Positions 8,551 to 16,496 of a stretch of 64,000 bases of DNA are shown in pieces. The position numbers and the translations under genes were made by a program. The DNA is taken from contig CAZOBK010000005.1 of NCBI GenBank assembly GCA_964578115.1, positions 19,637 to 83,636 on the forward strand, in the 5' to 3' direction. Under the pieces are notes generated by a model, which was given only the letters and a program-made list of their open reading frames with translations, did no database searches and was not told the DNA's origin. The number at the start of each line of letters is the position of its first letter. Position 1 is the first letter of the stretch. The stretch is from an uncultured Roseicyclus sp. Lineage in GTDB: Bacteria; Pseudomonadota; Alphaproteobacteria; Rhodobacterales; Rhodobacteraceae.

Positions 8551-9501
8551 TTACTCCTGCAGCGCCGCCCACATCTCGGCGTCCCGTTGGGCCGTCCAGA
8601 TGCGCGGCGTGTCGATGCCGCGCGCCTCGTCATAGGCGCGGGACACGTTGAAAGGCAGGCAATGCTCGTAGATCGCGTAATCGGCGAATTTCGGATCGCA
8701 GGCGGCGCGCACGGCCTCCCATGCGTCCTTGAGGCTGCCGCCGCGTGCCGCGACGCGGGCGGCGGGCGCGTAGGTGGAGGCCACGAAATCCCGCGTGTTC
8801 TCGATGGCGGCGGTCACCATTTCGGGCCCGACCAGCGCGTCACCGCGACCGGGCGCGATGGCCTTGGGATCGACATCGGCGATCACGTCGAGCGTGCCGC
8901 CCCAGTCCTGCAGGTGCCCGTCACCGCAATAGCAGGCCGAGTGGTATTCGACGATGTCACCGGTGAACATGACCTCTGCATCCGGCACCCAGACCACGGC
9001 GTCCCCCGCCGTATGGGCACGCCCGGGGCAGAAGATGTCCACGCGGCGATTGCCGAGATAGACCGTCATCGCCTCCGAAAAGGTCGTGGTGGGCCATGTT
9101 AGGCCGGGGATTTCCTCATGCCCCTCGAAAAGGCGCGGGAAGCGGGCGAACTCGCTCTCCCAATCCTCCTGTCCGCGCTCGGCCACCATGGCCCGCGCCG
9201 TTTCGGACATGATGATCTGCCCCGCGCCATAGGCCGAGGCGCCCAGGACGCGCACGGCGTGGTAATGCGTCAGCATGAGGTGGCTGATGGGCTTGTCCGT
9301 CACCGACCGCACGCAGTCGATGACCTTTCGCGCAAGGCGGGGCGTGGCCTGTGCCTCGACGATCATCACGCTCTCGGCGCCGATGATGACGCCGGTGTTC
9401 GGGTCGCCCTCGGCGGTGAAGGCATAAAGCCCCGGGCCGATCTCGTCGAAGCTGATGGTCTTCTCGGTCATGTCGCCCGCGCTGGCGAAAGCCTTGCTCA
9501 T
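8551..9501 (-). CDS. MBL-fold metallo-hydrolase superfamily protein with an atypical metal-binding motif
   Basis: MBL-like order of motifs, but LTHYHAVRVLG replaces the canonical HxHxDH and PGRG replaces the usual PGHG. GRAHTAGD and FTGD are retained. GGGAGAG RBS. Confidence 0.75.
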   Translation of the reverse strand: MSKAFASAGDMTEKTISFDEIGPGLYAFTAEGDPNTGVIIGAESVMIVEAQATPRLARKVIDCVRSVTDKPISHLMLTHYHAVRVLGASAYGAGQIIMSETARAMVAERGQEDWESEFARFPRLFEGHEEIPGLTWPTTTFSEAMTVYLGNRRVDIFCPGRAHTAGDAVVWVPDAEVMFTGDIVEYHSACYCGDGHLQDWGGTLDVIADVDPKAIAPGRGDALVGPEMVTAAIENTRDFVASTYAPAARVAARGGSLKDAWEAVRAACDPKFADYAIYEHCLPFNVSRAYDEARGIDTPRIWTAQRDAEMWAALQE

Positions 9502-9569
9502 CTCGTCTCTCCCTTGGCGCCGGAACAGCCGGCTCTTCCGTCACGGATTTGCCGGCAAATCCGGCGCGC

Positions 9570-10931
9570 TCATTTCTTCCCGGGCGTGCCGTCGAACTTC
9601 TTTTCCAGCGAGGTCCAGCAGTCGATGTAATCGTCCTGCAAGGGCGCCTCCTTCGCGGCGAACTCCGTCAGGTGCTGCGGAAAGCGCGTCTCGAACATGA
9701 AGGACATCGTGTCCTCGAGCTTGTGGGGTTGCAGATCGGCATTCGACGCGCCTTCGAACGCCTCCCGGTCGGGGCCGTGCGGCAGCATCATGTTGTGCAA
9801 GGACATGCCCCCCGGCACGAAGCCCTGCGGTTTCGCGTCGTACTGGCCGTAGATGTTGCCCATGAGCTCCGACATGATGTTCTTGTGATACCACGGCGGG
9901 CGGAACGTGTCCTCCGCCACCATCCAGCGCTCCCGGAACAGCACGAAGTCGATATTGGCCGTGCCCGGCACGCCGGAGGGCGCGGTCAGCACGGTGAAGA
10001 TCGACGGGTCGGGATGGTCGAAGAGGATCGCGCCCACCGGGCAGTAGGTCGTGAGGTCGTATTTCACCGGCGCGTAGTTGCCGTGCCAGGCCACCACGTC
10101 GAGGGGCGAATGCCCGATCTCGGTCTCGTGGAACTGCCCGCACCATTTCACAGTGACGGTCGAGGGCACCTCCCGGTCCTCGAAGGCCGCGACCGGCGTC
10201 TTGAAGTCCCGCCGGTTCGCCATGCAGTTGGCCCCGATCGGCCCGCGCCCCGGAAGCTCGAACTTCTGGCCGTAATTCTCGCAGACGAAGCCGCGCGCGG
10301 GACCTTCCACGAGCTCGACGCGATAAAGCAGCCCGCGCGGGACGATGGCGATCTCCTGCGGCTTCAGATCGATGATCCCGAGCTCGGTGAAGAACCTGAG
10401 CCTGCCCTCCTGCGGCACGATCAGAAGCTCGCTGTCGGCCGAGTAAAAATAGGCGTCCTCCATCGAGGCGGTGACGAGGTAAATATGGCTGGCCATGCCG
10501 ACTTGCGTGTTCACATCGCCCGCCGTGGTCATGGTGCGCATCCCTGTCAGCCAGTTCAGCGGCTGGTCGGTGTGCGGCACGGGGTCCCAGCGGTACTGTC
10601 CGAGCGAGATCACGTCCTCGGGGATATGGGGGGCGCTTTTCCAGTAGGGCAGGTCGATCCTGCGGTAACGGCGGGAATGCTTGACCGAGGGGCGGATGCG
10701 ATAGCACCACGTCCGCTCGTTCTGATGCGAGGGCGCGGTGAAGGCGGTACCCGAGAGCTGCTCGCCATAGAGGCCGTAGTTGCATTTCTGGGGCGAGTTC
10801 ATCCCCTGCGGCAATGCATCGGGGAGCGCCTCCGTCTCGAAGTCGTTTCCGAAGCCCGGCATGTAACCGGGATGGGTGCACTGGCTGCGTTGGTCCTGAA
10901 CCATCGGGCGCGAAGGGGATTGATCCGTCAT
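9570..10931 (-). CDS. hmgA: Homogentisate 1,2-dioxygenase
   Basis: 453 aa. Characteristic [42 protein letters not shown] and [14 protein letters not shown] segments. AGGAGAGG RBS. Confidence 0.93.
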   Translation of the reverse strand: MTDQSPSRPMVQDQRSQCTHPGYMPGFGNDFETEALPDALPQGMNSPQKCNYGLYGEQLSGTAFTAPSHQNERTWCYRIRPSVKHSRRYRRIDLPYWKSAPHIPEDVISLGQYRWDPVPHTDQPLNWLTGMRTMTTAGDVNTQVGMASHIYLVTASMEDAYFYSADSELLIVPQEGRLRFFTELGIIDLKPQEIAIVPRGLLYRVELVEGPARGFVCENYGQKFELPGRGPIGANCMANRRDFKTPVAAFEDREVPSTVTVKWCGQFHETEIGHSPLDVVAWHGNYAPVKYDLTTYCPVGAILFDHPDPSIFTVLTAPSGVPGTANIDFVLFRERWMVAEDTFRPPWYHKNIMSELMGNIYGQYDAKPQGFVPGGMSLHNMMLPHGPDREAFEGASNADLQPHKLEDTMSFMFETRFPQHLTEFAAKEAPLQDDYIDCWTSLEKKFDGTPGKK

Positions 10932-10977
10932 CTCGGCCTCTCCTGTTGGCAGACGCGTTTGCGACAGGTGATGTGTA

Positions 10978-10995
10978 TGGTTACTTTTGTAACCA
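10978..10995. promoter_or_regulatory. Candidate MarR operator in the hmgA-marR divergent intergenic region
   Basis: Inverted repeat TGGTTAC-TTTT-GTAACCA with perfect 7-bp arms. It sits 26 nt before the marR ATG and 47 nt before the hmgA ATG. Confidence 0.55.
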
Positions 10996-11020
10996 ACAAG
11001 CCCGGCGGAAGCAAAAACCC

Positions 11021-11452
11021 ATGTCCGAAGATCCGGAATTCGAGCTGACCGAGTTCACGCCCTACCTGCTCAATGCCGCCGCCGAGGCGCAGTCCCTGCG
11101 CTTTTCGAGGGTCTACAAGGACCGGTACGGCATGCTGCGGACGGAATGGCGGGTGCTGTTCCATCTGGGCCGCCATGGTGCGATGTCGGCGCGGGAAATC
11201 TCGCAGAGGGCGAGCATCCACAAGACCAAGGTCTCGCGCGCCGTCGCGGCGCTGGAACGCAAGCGGTTCCTGCAAAGGCGGCCAAGCGCACAGGACCGGC
11301 GGGTCGAGATACTGGAGCTGCGCGGCCCGGGACAGGAGGCCTTCGCCGATCTTTCAAGGGCCGCCGCCGCCCATGAACGCGCCCTTGAAGAACGATTGGG
11401 CGCGGGCGCAGTGACCGAGTTGCGCGCCATGCTTCGCACGCTTGCCTCTTAG
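11021..11452 (+). CDS. MarR-family transcriptional regulator (divergent from hmgA)
   Basis: Winged [44 protein letters not shown]. Start moved to the internal ATG at 11021 because the upstream part of the 212-aa ORF overlaps hmgA and reads as junk. Confidence 0.85.
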   Translation: MSEDPEFELTEFTPYLLNAAAEAQSLRFSRVYKDRYGMLRTEWRVLFHLGRHGAMSAREISQRASIHKTKVSRAVAALERKRFLQRRPSAQDRRVEILELRGPGQEAFADLSRAAAAHERALEERLGAGAVTELRAMLRTLAS

Positions 11453-11467
11453 GGCGGCGACCTTGTC

Positions 11468-12394
11468 TCACCCGCCGGCGAGCAAGACGTCGATCTCGGC
11501 CCGGCTCGGCATCGACGGCGCAGTTCCCGCGCGCGTGACCGAGATCGCGGCCGTCGCCGTGGCGAAACGCAGGGCGTCCTTTCGCGAAAGGCCACGGGCC
11601 AGGGCCGCCGCGAAGCCGCCGTTGAAGGCGTCGCCGGCGCCCGTCGTCTCAACCACCGGACCCGCCCGCATCGCCGGAACATGGCCCTCGGCCGTGCCGT
11701 CCGACCAGACGCATCCCTGATCCCCAAGTGTCACGATACAAGCCTTGCCGACACCGCGCGATACGATGTGCCGTGCGGCGGCGGCGGCGCTGTCGATGCC
11801 AGACACATGAATACCGCTCAGCGCTGCGGCCTCCGTCTCGTTGGGGGTCACGTAATCGCAAAGCGCCAGCATATCGTCGGGAAGGTCAGAGGCCGGTGCG
11901 GGATTGAGGATCGTCGCCACACCGTTTGCCCGCGCGATCTCGAGGCCCCGCAGCGCGGCCTCCACCGGTTGCTCCAGTTGCGTGACGAAGACCCGGGCCG
12001 CTGCGATATGGCTTTCCTGCCGGTCGATGTCGGCGGGCGAGATCGTGGCGGCGACGCCGGGGCTGATGATGATCGCGTTGTCGCCCGTGGCATCATCGAT
12101 GAAGATGAAGGCGGAACCGGTCGGATGGTCGCCATGCCGTGTCGCCAGCGCCTCGATCCCGGCCTCGGCCCAGAGCTTCGACGCCATGTCGCCGAAGGCG
12201 TCCTCGCCCAGCCGCGTGACGAAGCCCACGCGCGCGCCCGCCTTTGCCGCCGCGACCGCCTGGTTCGACCCCTTGCCACCGGGGCCGAGCGCAAAGGACG
12301 TGCCGCGGATCGTTTCTCCCATGCGCGGCATCCGGCTGGCGCGATGCGAGGTGTCGACCATGAAGACGCCGAGTATGACGACATCGAGTGTCAT
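11468..12394 (-). CDS. rbsK: Ribokinase-like PfkB-family sugar kinase
   Basis: GPGGKGSNQAVAAAKAG and TTGAGDAFNGGF signatures. Start at ATG 12394 (GAGGAA upstream). The alternative start 12427 cannot be excluded. Confidence 0.75.
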   Translation of the reverse strand: MTLDVVILGVFMVDTSHRASRMPRMGETIRGTSFALGPGGKGSNQAVAAAKAGARVGFVTRLGEDAFGDMASKLWAEAGIEALATRHGDHPTGSAFIFIDDATGDNAIIISPGVAATISPADIDRQESHIAAARVFVTQLEQPVEAALRGLEIARANGVATILNPAPASDLPDDMLALCDYVTPNETEAAALSGIHVSGIDSAAAAARHIVSRGVGKACIVTLGDQGCVWSDGTAEGHVPAMRAGPVVETTGAGDAFNGGFAAALARGLSRKDALRFATATAAISVTRAGTAPSMPSRAEIDVLLAGG

Positions 12395-12579
12395 GTCTTT
12401 TTCCCATTCCTCATGCAATGCGGACACGTGGCCGCCGAGGCAGCATGTCGCCGCGACCGGGCGCTTGCAACCGCCTGCGCGGCCATGCCCGTTCGGAACG
12501 CCGGCGGGCGCGGCCCTGATTGAACGCAGGCCAAGGTCGTGCTTTGAGGAACCGGATCAGAAAACCGGGAGAGACTGGG

Positions 12580-13512
12580 ATGAGGCTGGACGGACCGATC
12601 GTCGCCGTCGGCGAATGCATGATCGAACTCAGCGATCTCGACCCGGCGGACGGTCGGGTCCGGCTCGGGTTTGCCGGTGACACCTGCAACACGGCGATCT
12701 ACCTGTCGCGTCTTCTGGGACCGGACGGACCGCGCGTCAGCTACGCCACGGCGCTGGGTGACGACGCGCTGTCAGCGCGCATGATCGACGCCTTGCGGGC
12801 CGAAGGCCTCGACACCGATCTGATCGCGCGTCTGCACGGCAAGCTGCCGGGGATCTATGCCATCGAGGTCGATACGCAAGGCGAGCGGAGCTTCCGCTAC
12901 TGGCGCGAGGCCTCCGCCGCGCGCGAGATGCTCTCGGACGGCGGAATAGACCCGGAAAAGCTCATGGCCTGTGGGATGCTTTACCTTTCGGGGATCACTC
13001 TGGCGATCCTGTCGGACGGCCAGCGGGATCATCTTGTCAAGCAGATGCGGCGCCTCAAGGACGCGGGCCGGCAGGTGGTCTTTGACGGGAACTATCGCCC
13101 GAGGCTCTGGACCTCACCCGATGAGGCGCGTCACTGGACGACGCAGGCGCTTGAGGCCTCGACCATCGCGCTGCCGTCCATCGACGACGAACTTGCGCTT
13201 TGCGCGGACGCGGATGAGGCGGCGGCCCTCGACAGGCTCGCGGCCTCGGGCCCGTCGGAAATCGTGCTCAAACGCGGCAGTCGCGGCCCGGTCGTTGCCG
13301 TCTCCGGAGAGCGGAACGCTCCGCCCTGCCCGGAGGCGGAGCGCATCGTCGACACGACCGCCGCGGGCGACAGTTTCAACGCAGGCTATCTTGCGGCACG
13401 CCTGCGCGGGGCCGGGCCGCTCGAGGCCGCGCGGTCGGGCCATGCACTTGCCTGCCAGGTCATCGGGCATGTGGGCGCGATCCTGCCGCGCGGCGTGACG
13501 CTGGCGCGCTAG
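12580..13512 (+). CDS. kdgK: 2-dehydro-3-deoxygluconokinase-like PfkB sugar kinase
   Basis: PfkB family with DTTAAGDSFNAGYL. GGGAGAG RBS before ATG 12580. The N-terminus VAVGECMIEL is typical of KdgK. Confidence 0.75.
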   Translation: MRLDGPIVAVGECMIELSDLDPADGRVRLGFAGDTCNTAIYLSRLLGPDGPRVSYATALGDDALSARMIDALRAEGLDTDLIARLHGKLPGIYAIEVDTQGERSFRYWREASAAREMLSDGGIDPEKLMACGMLYLSGITLAILSDGQRDHLVKQMRRLKDAGRQVVFDGNYRPRLWTSPDEARHWTTQALEASTIALPSIDDELALCADADEAAALDRLAASGPSEIVLKRGSRGPVVAVSGERNAPPCPEAERIVDTTAAGDSFNAGYLAARLRGAGPLEAARSGHALACQVIGHVGAILPRGVTLAR

Positions 13513-14783
13513 GCCGGGCCGGTCTCGGGCGCGGGCAGGATCGTTCCCACGCAGGTACCAAACCCGATCCGGTAGGGCCCGTTGCACTGTCCCGTCAGCG
13601 TGACGGTGTCCCCATCCTCCAGGAATGTCCGCGTGCCCCCGTCCACCGCGATGGGCTCCGTCCCGTTCCAGGTCAGTTCCAGCAGTGAGCCGCAACTGTC
13701 CCGTGTGGGGCCCGATATGGTGCCGGACCCCAGAAGATCGCCCGTTTCCATCCTGCAGCCCGACAGGGTGTGATGCGCAAGCTGCTGCGCCGCCGAGTAG
13801 TAGAGCCCGCTGGCGTTGGTGCGAAGGATCTGCACCGGGACCCCACCGCTCGGCGCGAGGGTCGCGGTGATCTCGATGTCGAGATTGTTGGGCGTGGCCT
13901 CCCGCAGGTAGGGGAGAAGCGGCCTCTCACGCTCGGGCGCATCCCGCCGGAAAGGCTCCAGCGCCGCGCTCGTGACGACCCACGGGCTGATCGTGGTCGC
14001 GAAGGCCTTCGACAGGAACGGGCCCAGCGGCTGGTATTCCCACACCTGGATGTCCCGCGCGGACCAGTCGTTGAGCAGAACGTAGCCGAAGATGCTGTCC
14101 TGCGCCTCCGCCGTGCCGATGGGGCGGCCCATCTGCGTGGGCATGCCCACAAGCGCGCCCAGTTCCACCTCGATGTCCAGTTTTCGCGACGGGCCGACGC
14201 TGGGCGCCTCGGCATCCGGCGCCTTCAACTGCCCCAGCGGGCGCGTGACCGGCGTGCCCGAGGCCACGACAGTCGAGGCACGGCCATTGTAGCCGATGGG
14301 GATGTGCAGCCAGTTCGGCAAAAGCGCGTTCTGCGGATCGCGGAACATGCTGCCCACATTGGTGGCGTGTTCCCGCGAGGCGTAGAAATCGGTGAAACCG
14401 CCGACCCGGACAGGCAGATGCATGTCCACCTTGGACCGTGCGACCAGCGGCAGGTCGGGATCGGTCGCTCGGGCGTCGAGCATCCGCGCAAGTTCGGCCC
14501 TCAGCTGTGTCCACTCACTGCGTGGCCGGGCCATGAAGGGGTTGAGACTGCCCCCGGCGAAAACGGGCGCGTCTCCGGACGCGATGCGCCCCTGCGCCTC
14601 GAGGGCCGTCAGGTCGAGGATCAGCTCGCCGATGGCCACGCCCACGCGCCTTTCGCCGCCGCTTTCCGAGAACACGCCGAAGGGAAGGTTCTGGATCGGG
14701 AAATCGCCATCGGGCGCGTTTGCGCTGTCGATCCAGCTGCGCCTGGCAGGATCGTGGGTTTCATCCAGAACCGGGCCGGTCAT
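13509..14783 (-). CDS. fahA: Fumarylacetoacetase (fumarylacetoacetate hydrolase)
   Basis: 424 aa. N-terminal FAH domain motif DFPIQNLPFGVF followed by the C-terminal FAA-hydrolase fold. ATG 14783 overlaps the TGA of the upstream membrane subunit (ATGA). Confidence 0.9.
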   Translation of the reverse strand: MTGPVLDETHDPARRSWIDSANAPDGDFPIQNLPFGVFSESGGERRVGVAIGELILDLTALEAQGRIASGDAPVFAGGSLNPFMARPRSEWTQLRAELARMLDARATDPDLPLVARSKVDMHLPVRVGGFTDFYASREHATNVGSMFRDPQNALLPNWLHIPIGYNGRASTVVASGTPVTRPLGQLKAPDAEAPSVGPSRKLDIEVELGALVGMPTQMGRPIGTAEAQDSIFGYVLLNDWSARDIQVWEYQPLGPFLSKAFATTISPWVVTSAALEPFRRDAPERERPLLPYLREATPNNLDIEITATLAPSGGVPVQILRTNASGLYYSAAQQLAHHTLSGCRMETGDLLGSGTISGPTRDSCGSLLELTWNGTEPIAVDGGTRTFLEDGDTVTLTGQCNGPYRIGFGTCVGTILPAPETGPA

Positions 14784-15742
14784 CGGGCCGCGGCCTCCGT
14801 CCCGCCGAGCGCCGCACCGTAGTAAAGCATCGATACATGCCGCGCCTCGGCGAAGAACAGCCAGCGCTCGACCAGGACGCCCGCCCCGGCCGACAGGAGC
14901 GCCAGCGGCAAGGCGATCAGCGACAGGACCGGCACGAGCGCCGCGATCACCACGGCCACGAGCGGCAGGGCGAAAAGCAGCGCCAGCGCCCAGCGGCGGA
15001 GACGGCCCGCATGACGCCGCCCGACGGCATAGCCCATCTCGCGCATCACGAAATTGGGTTGCGTGTGTGGCGGGTCCAGCGGGCGAATGGCGGACGCGCC
15101 GGGGATACCGATGGCCTGTTCCAGCGTGTAGGGCGCGGGGGCGCCGTCGATGCGCTGCCAATAGGTCCATTTCATGAGTGCTGCGGCCAGAAGCGCCGCC
15201 GCCGCGACAAGCAGCAGGGCCTCCGACCGCTGCCCGAAACCCGCGTCGATGGTGGCAAGCAGAAGCGCGCCCGTGGCGGCGGCAAGAGCGATGTAGTTCG
15301 CCGGAACCAGCCCGTGGTTCCATTCCGGCACCGTGCGCAGCGAGGCGTAGATCATGCCGGTGCACCAGAGCGTTGCCAGCGCGCCCAAGACCATGAGCGC
15401 CGCGAACAGCCCCGCGCCCGGCAGCGCACCGGGAAAAAGGAAGGCGAGGAACAGCGCCCCGACGGGCAGATAGGTGGCCAGTGCCGCCACGCCTTCGCGC
15501 GAGAGCCATGAGCTTCGCCACTGGCTGAAGGCCCGCCAGGCCCGTTCGGGATGTCCGAGATGGAAGGTCGATGACAGAAGGCCGAGCGTCACCAGAACGC
15601 CGCCCAGCACCAGCGCAGTGACACCGGGTGCCGCGCGGTCCGGGATGCCGTCCAGCAAGGTCCGAAGACCCAGCCAGATCCAGAGCCCATAGCCCGCGCC
15701 GGAGGCTGTGGTGAAGAAGATGACGGAATAGGCCGGATGCAT
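14780..15742 (-). CDS. soeC: NrfD/DmsC-type integral membrane quinone-interacting anchor subunit (SoeC-like)
   Basis: 320 aa and highly hydrophobic with multiple TM helices. N-terminus MHPAYSVIFFTTASGAGYG is typical of DmsC-like anchors. Last subunit of the A-B-C gene order. Confidence 0.7.
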   Translation of the reverse strand: MHPAYSVIFFTTASGAGYGLWIWLGLRTLLDGIPDRAAPGVTALVLGGVLVTLGLLSSTFHLGHPERAWRAFSQWRSSWLSREGVAALATYLPVGALFLAFLFPGALPGAGLFAALMVLGALATLWCTGMIYASLRTVPEWNHGLVPANYIALAAATGALLLATIDAGFGQRSEALLLVAAAALLAAALMKWTYWQRIDGAPAPYTLEQAIGIPGASAIRPLDPPHTQPNFVMREMGYAVGRRHAGRLRRWALALLFALPLVAVVIAALVPVLSLIALPLALLSAGAGVLVERWLFFAEARHVSMLYYGAALGGTEAAAR

Positions 15743-15749
15743 GCTTGCC

Positions 15750-16496
15750 TCAGTCGCTCAGCCGGTCGTCGATCCAGGCGAAGAGCCGCTCCAGCCGGTC
15801 GCGGGGCGCGCCGATCCGTTCCTCGGGCACGGGCGCCGGGGTGATGCCGGCCGTCGCGGGATCGCGCGGCGGAAGGTACTTGTTGACCGGCTTGTAGCCG
15901 AATTCTTGCAGAAGATCGAAACCGCCCCGTTCGGCCACGTTTCGGGACACGGCACTGTCGGGATCGGCCAGATCGCCGAAGGCGCGCGCACCGGTGGGAC
16001 AAGCCTTGACGCAGGCGGGTTCGCGGTCTTCCTCCGGCAGGGTCTCGTTGTAGATACGGTCCACGCAGAGCGTGCATTTCTTCATCACGCCGTCGTCATG
16101 GTCGTATTCCCGCGCGCCATAGGGGCAGGCCCAGGAACAGAGCTTGCAGCCGATGCAGGTGTCAGGATTGACCAGGACGATCCCGTCCTCGGCGCGCTTG
16201 TAGCTGGCGCCCGTGGGGCAGACGGTGACGCAGTCGGGTTCCTCGCAATGCAGGCAGGAGCGCGGGAAATGCACCGTGCGGCCACGGCCATCGATCTCCA
16301 TCTCGAAACTGTGCACGCGGTTGAGGAAAGCGCCGGAGGGATCGGCGCCGTAAGGATCGTGATCCGTGAGCGGCGCGGAATAGCCGCCGGTGTTCCATTC
16401 CTTGCACGACGTCACGCAGGCATGGCAGCCGACGCAGGTGTCGAGGTCGATCACCAGGCCGAGCTTTTTAGGCGTGTCGGCTGGAAGGCTGGTCAT
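15750..16496 (-). CDS. soeB: 4Fe-4S ferredoxin-type electron-transfer subunit (SoeB-like)
   Basis: Four Cys clusters: CVGCHACVTSC, CLHCEEPDCVTVCP, CIGCKLCSWACP and CTLC...CVKACP. ATG 16496 overlaps the TGA of the catalytic subunit (ATGA). Confidence 0.8.
   Translation of the reverse strand: MTSLPADTPKKLGLVIDLDTCVGCHACVTSCKEWNTGGYSAPLTDHDPYGADPSGAFLNRVHSFEMEIDGRGRTVHFPRSCLHCEEPDCVTVCPTGASYKRAEDGIVLVNPDTCIGCKLCSWACPYGAREYDHDDGVMKKCTLCVDRIYNETLPEEDREPACVKACPTGARAFGDLADPDSAVSRNVAERGGFDLLQEFGYKPVNKYLPPRDPATAGITPAPVPEERIGAPRDRLERLFAWIDDRLSD

Noticed and set aside
6310-9102. 930-aa ORF on the plus strand, the longest in this area
   Set aside because: It runs antisense to three genes with clear family signatures (monooxygenase, DinB, MBL). 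Its translation is Arg/Gly/Pro/Ala-rich low-complexity sequence with no recognisable domain and no RBS. This is a typical shadow ORF of GC-rich DNA.
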